A DNA stretch of 6,296 bases from a virus: positions 1 to 6,296 of the IMG/VR virus record IMGVR_UViG_3300010219_000025; one strand, 5' to 3'. The position numbers were made by a program, and so were the translations under genes. Position 1 is the stretch's first letter. Every line of letters begins with the position of its first letter. A model generated the notes under the pieces. The model did no database searches and had not been told where the DNA came from. It worked only from the letters and a program-made list of their open reading frames with translations. This document shows positions 5,542 to 6,296 of this stretch, piece by piece.

Positions 5542-5615
5542 GGGACAGATCTCCGAGTGCACCGGCAAAAGCGCCGGCAGAGAAGGGCGCACGCGCCCCT
5601 CCCGGCCGACAGGCC

Positions 5616-5921
5616 TTACGCCGAGCGAGCAGGGCGCAGCTGTTCCGGCTTGATGGGCGTCAGGCTCGCGAGCTCCGCGACGATCTTCCCCTGGTTGTCG
5701 CCATAGGTCGGCGCAGTGAGCGTGAACCCCGCCGTGAACAGGCCGACCTTGGCGACCTCGTCGAGCTTTTTCGGCACCTGCAGCACGCCGACCGCCGCCG
5801 CGCTGCCGTCTGTGTTGCGCAACACGCAGTGCGCCTCCGAGATCTTGTACGGAGCATGCGGCGGCTTTTTGCTCACGCCCTCTTTCACGTTGATGGCCAG
5901 GATTTCAATGATCGATTGCAT
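5616..5921 (-). CDS. ssDNA-binding protein (gV-like)
   Basis: 101 aa from the ATG at 5921: MQSIIEILAINVKEGVSKKPPHAPYKISE... This resembles the Ff gVp N-terminal pattern (MIKVEIK...SRQGKPY) as I recall it. Size and position upstream of the coat gene fit gV. The alternative upstream ATG at 5999 would add 26 aa. Confidence 0.78.
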   Translation of the reverse strand: MQSIIEILAINVKEGVSKKPPHAPYKISEAHCVLRNTDGSAAAVGVLQVPKKLDEVAKVGLFTAGFTLTAPTYGDNQGKIVAELASLTPIKPEQLRPARSA

Positions 5922-5995
5922 AGTTCGCCCGTCAATGAGGCACCGCAAGAGCGCGGCGTTATGGCCCCTGCCAACCAAGAGCCAGAACGCCGCGC

Positions 5996-6296
5996 TCATG
6001 CGCCGATCACGAGACAGCCAGCGGCACGAACAACAACCGGGTGCACCAGGTGCCCAGCCAGGTGACGAGCAAGCACAGCGCGCGCCGTACGATAGGTGGA
6101 TGACCCACCGCTACCGCCTACCGGATCACGTGAAGGAGCGCCAGGCTCGCGAGCTTCGCGAGCGTTTTGCCCGCTCGCACGGTGCAGGGACGCAGCAAAG
6201 AAGGGCCAGGCGGGCCTGGTGGCTGGTTGCGGCGGCGGCAGCTGCAGCTGCGTGGGCCACGTGGCACGCACTCCGCTGACAGCCTTGGACGAACTC
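5996..6296 (-). CDS. Junction-spanning hypothetical ORF (104 aa on the closed circle; the start codon is at 69-67, not in this copy)
   Basis: On the circle the frame runs from the ATG at 69-67, preceded by GGGGAGG (complement of 73-79), through position 1/6241 to TGA at 5998-5996. The track shows only a GTG-started fragment (5996-6271). GC is flat across codon positions and the product is Pro/Ser/Arg/Ala-rich, which argues against real coding. Confidence 0.25.
   Translation of the reverse strand, partial: SSSKAVSGVRATWPTQLQLPPPQPATRPAWPFFAASLHRASGQNAREAREPGAPSRDPVGGSGGSSTYRTARAVLARHLAGHLVHPVVVRAAGCLVIGA
6145..6170. other. Hairpin with GCGAAGC on the coding strand, followed by T4 on the plus strand
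   Basis: An 8-bp stem formed by GCTCGCGA (6145-6152) and TCGCGAGC (6156-6163), with loop GCT (6153-6155), then G and TTTT (6165-6168). Confidence 0.4.
6242..6296. repeat. Terminal direct repeat, copy 2 (circular-assembly overlap)
   Basis: Identical to 1-55. Position 6242 is equivalent to position 1. Confidence 0.97.

Larger units (their letters stand above)
1..6241. mobile_element. Complete circular genome (unit length 6241 nt) of a filamentous ssDNA phage, inovirus-like; may be a replicative form or an excised or assembled prophage
   Basis: Exact 55-nt terminal redundancy closes the circle. The gene set and order (ssDNA-binding protein, major coat, pIII-like, pVI-like, Zot/pI, HUH Rep) are canonical for Inoviridae. 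Genes are compact and overlapping, almost all on one strand. Confidence 0.85.

Noticed and set aside
15-6132. CACGTG palindromes (17, 1014, 2178, 2961, 5316, 6127)
   Set aside because: I counted six unique copies against roughly two expected from composition. Four sit inside well-supported coding genes and a fifth (2178) inside the orphan ORF, with no common flanks. The excess is too weak to call a motif system.
5716-6279. 187-aa plus-strand ORF, including a 59-aa Arg-rich sub-ORF from the ATG at 6100
   Set aside because: The 5716-5999 part shares third-codon positions with ssb, so it is a classic shadow ORF. The remainder has flat GC across codon positions, and its only SD-like sequence abuts the ATG. 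I keep it only as the competing explanation for the junction-spanning ORF.

Overview
The window is one complete, circularly permuted genome of a small filamentous ssDNA phage (inovirus-like). Bases 1-55 recur exactly at 6242-6296, so the circle is 6241 nt. It is GC-rich, so long spurious shadow ORFs occur in all six frames. Almost all genes are on the minus strand in a tightly coupled module: ssDNA-binding protein, major coat protein, small membrane protein, pIII-like adsorption protein, pVI-like protein and Zot/pI ATPase. Downstream lie an unassigned ~0.8 kb GC-rich segment (1560-2366), a short AT-richer origin-like patch with strong hairpins (1476-1583), and a phiX174 gpA-like HUH Rep gene. 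One plus-strand gene encodes an HTH regulator with a hydrophobic C-terminal segment. It is convergent with rep over a shared terminator and preceded by a repeat-dense operator-like region. I see no secretin, integrase, dif-like site, tRNA, rRNA or CRISPR. The best candidates for something new are: (1) the orphan ORF and structured DNA in the slot just downstream of zot; (2) a phiX174-ori-like sequence beside a perfect GC hairpin upstream of rep; (3) strand-asymmetric GCGAAGC mini-hairpin motifs inside a degenerate tandem module; (4) an ORF visible only when the circle is closed. All functional calls rest on motif recognition and hand counts. No database search was possible.
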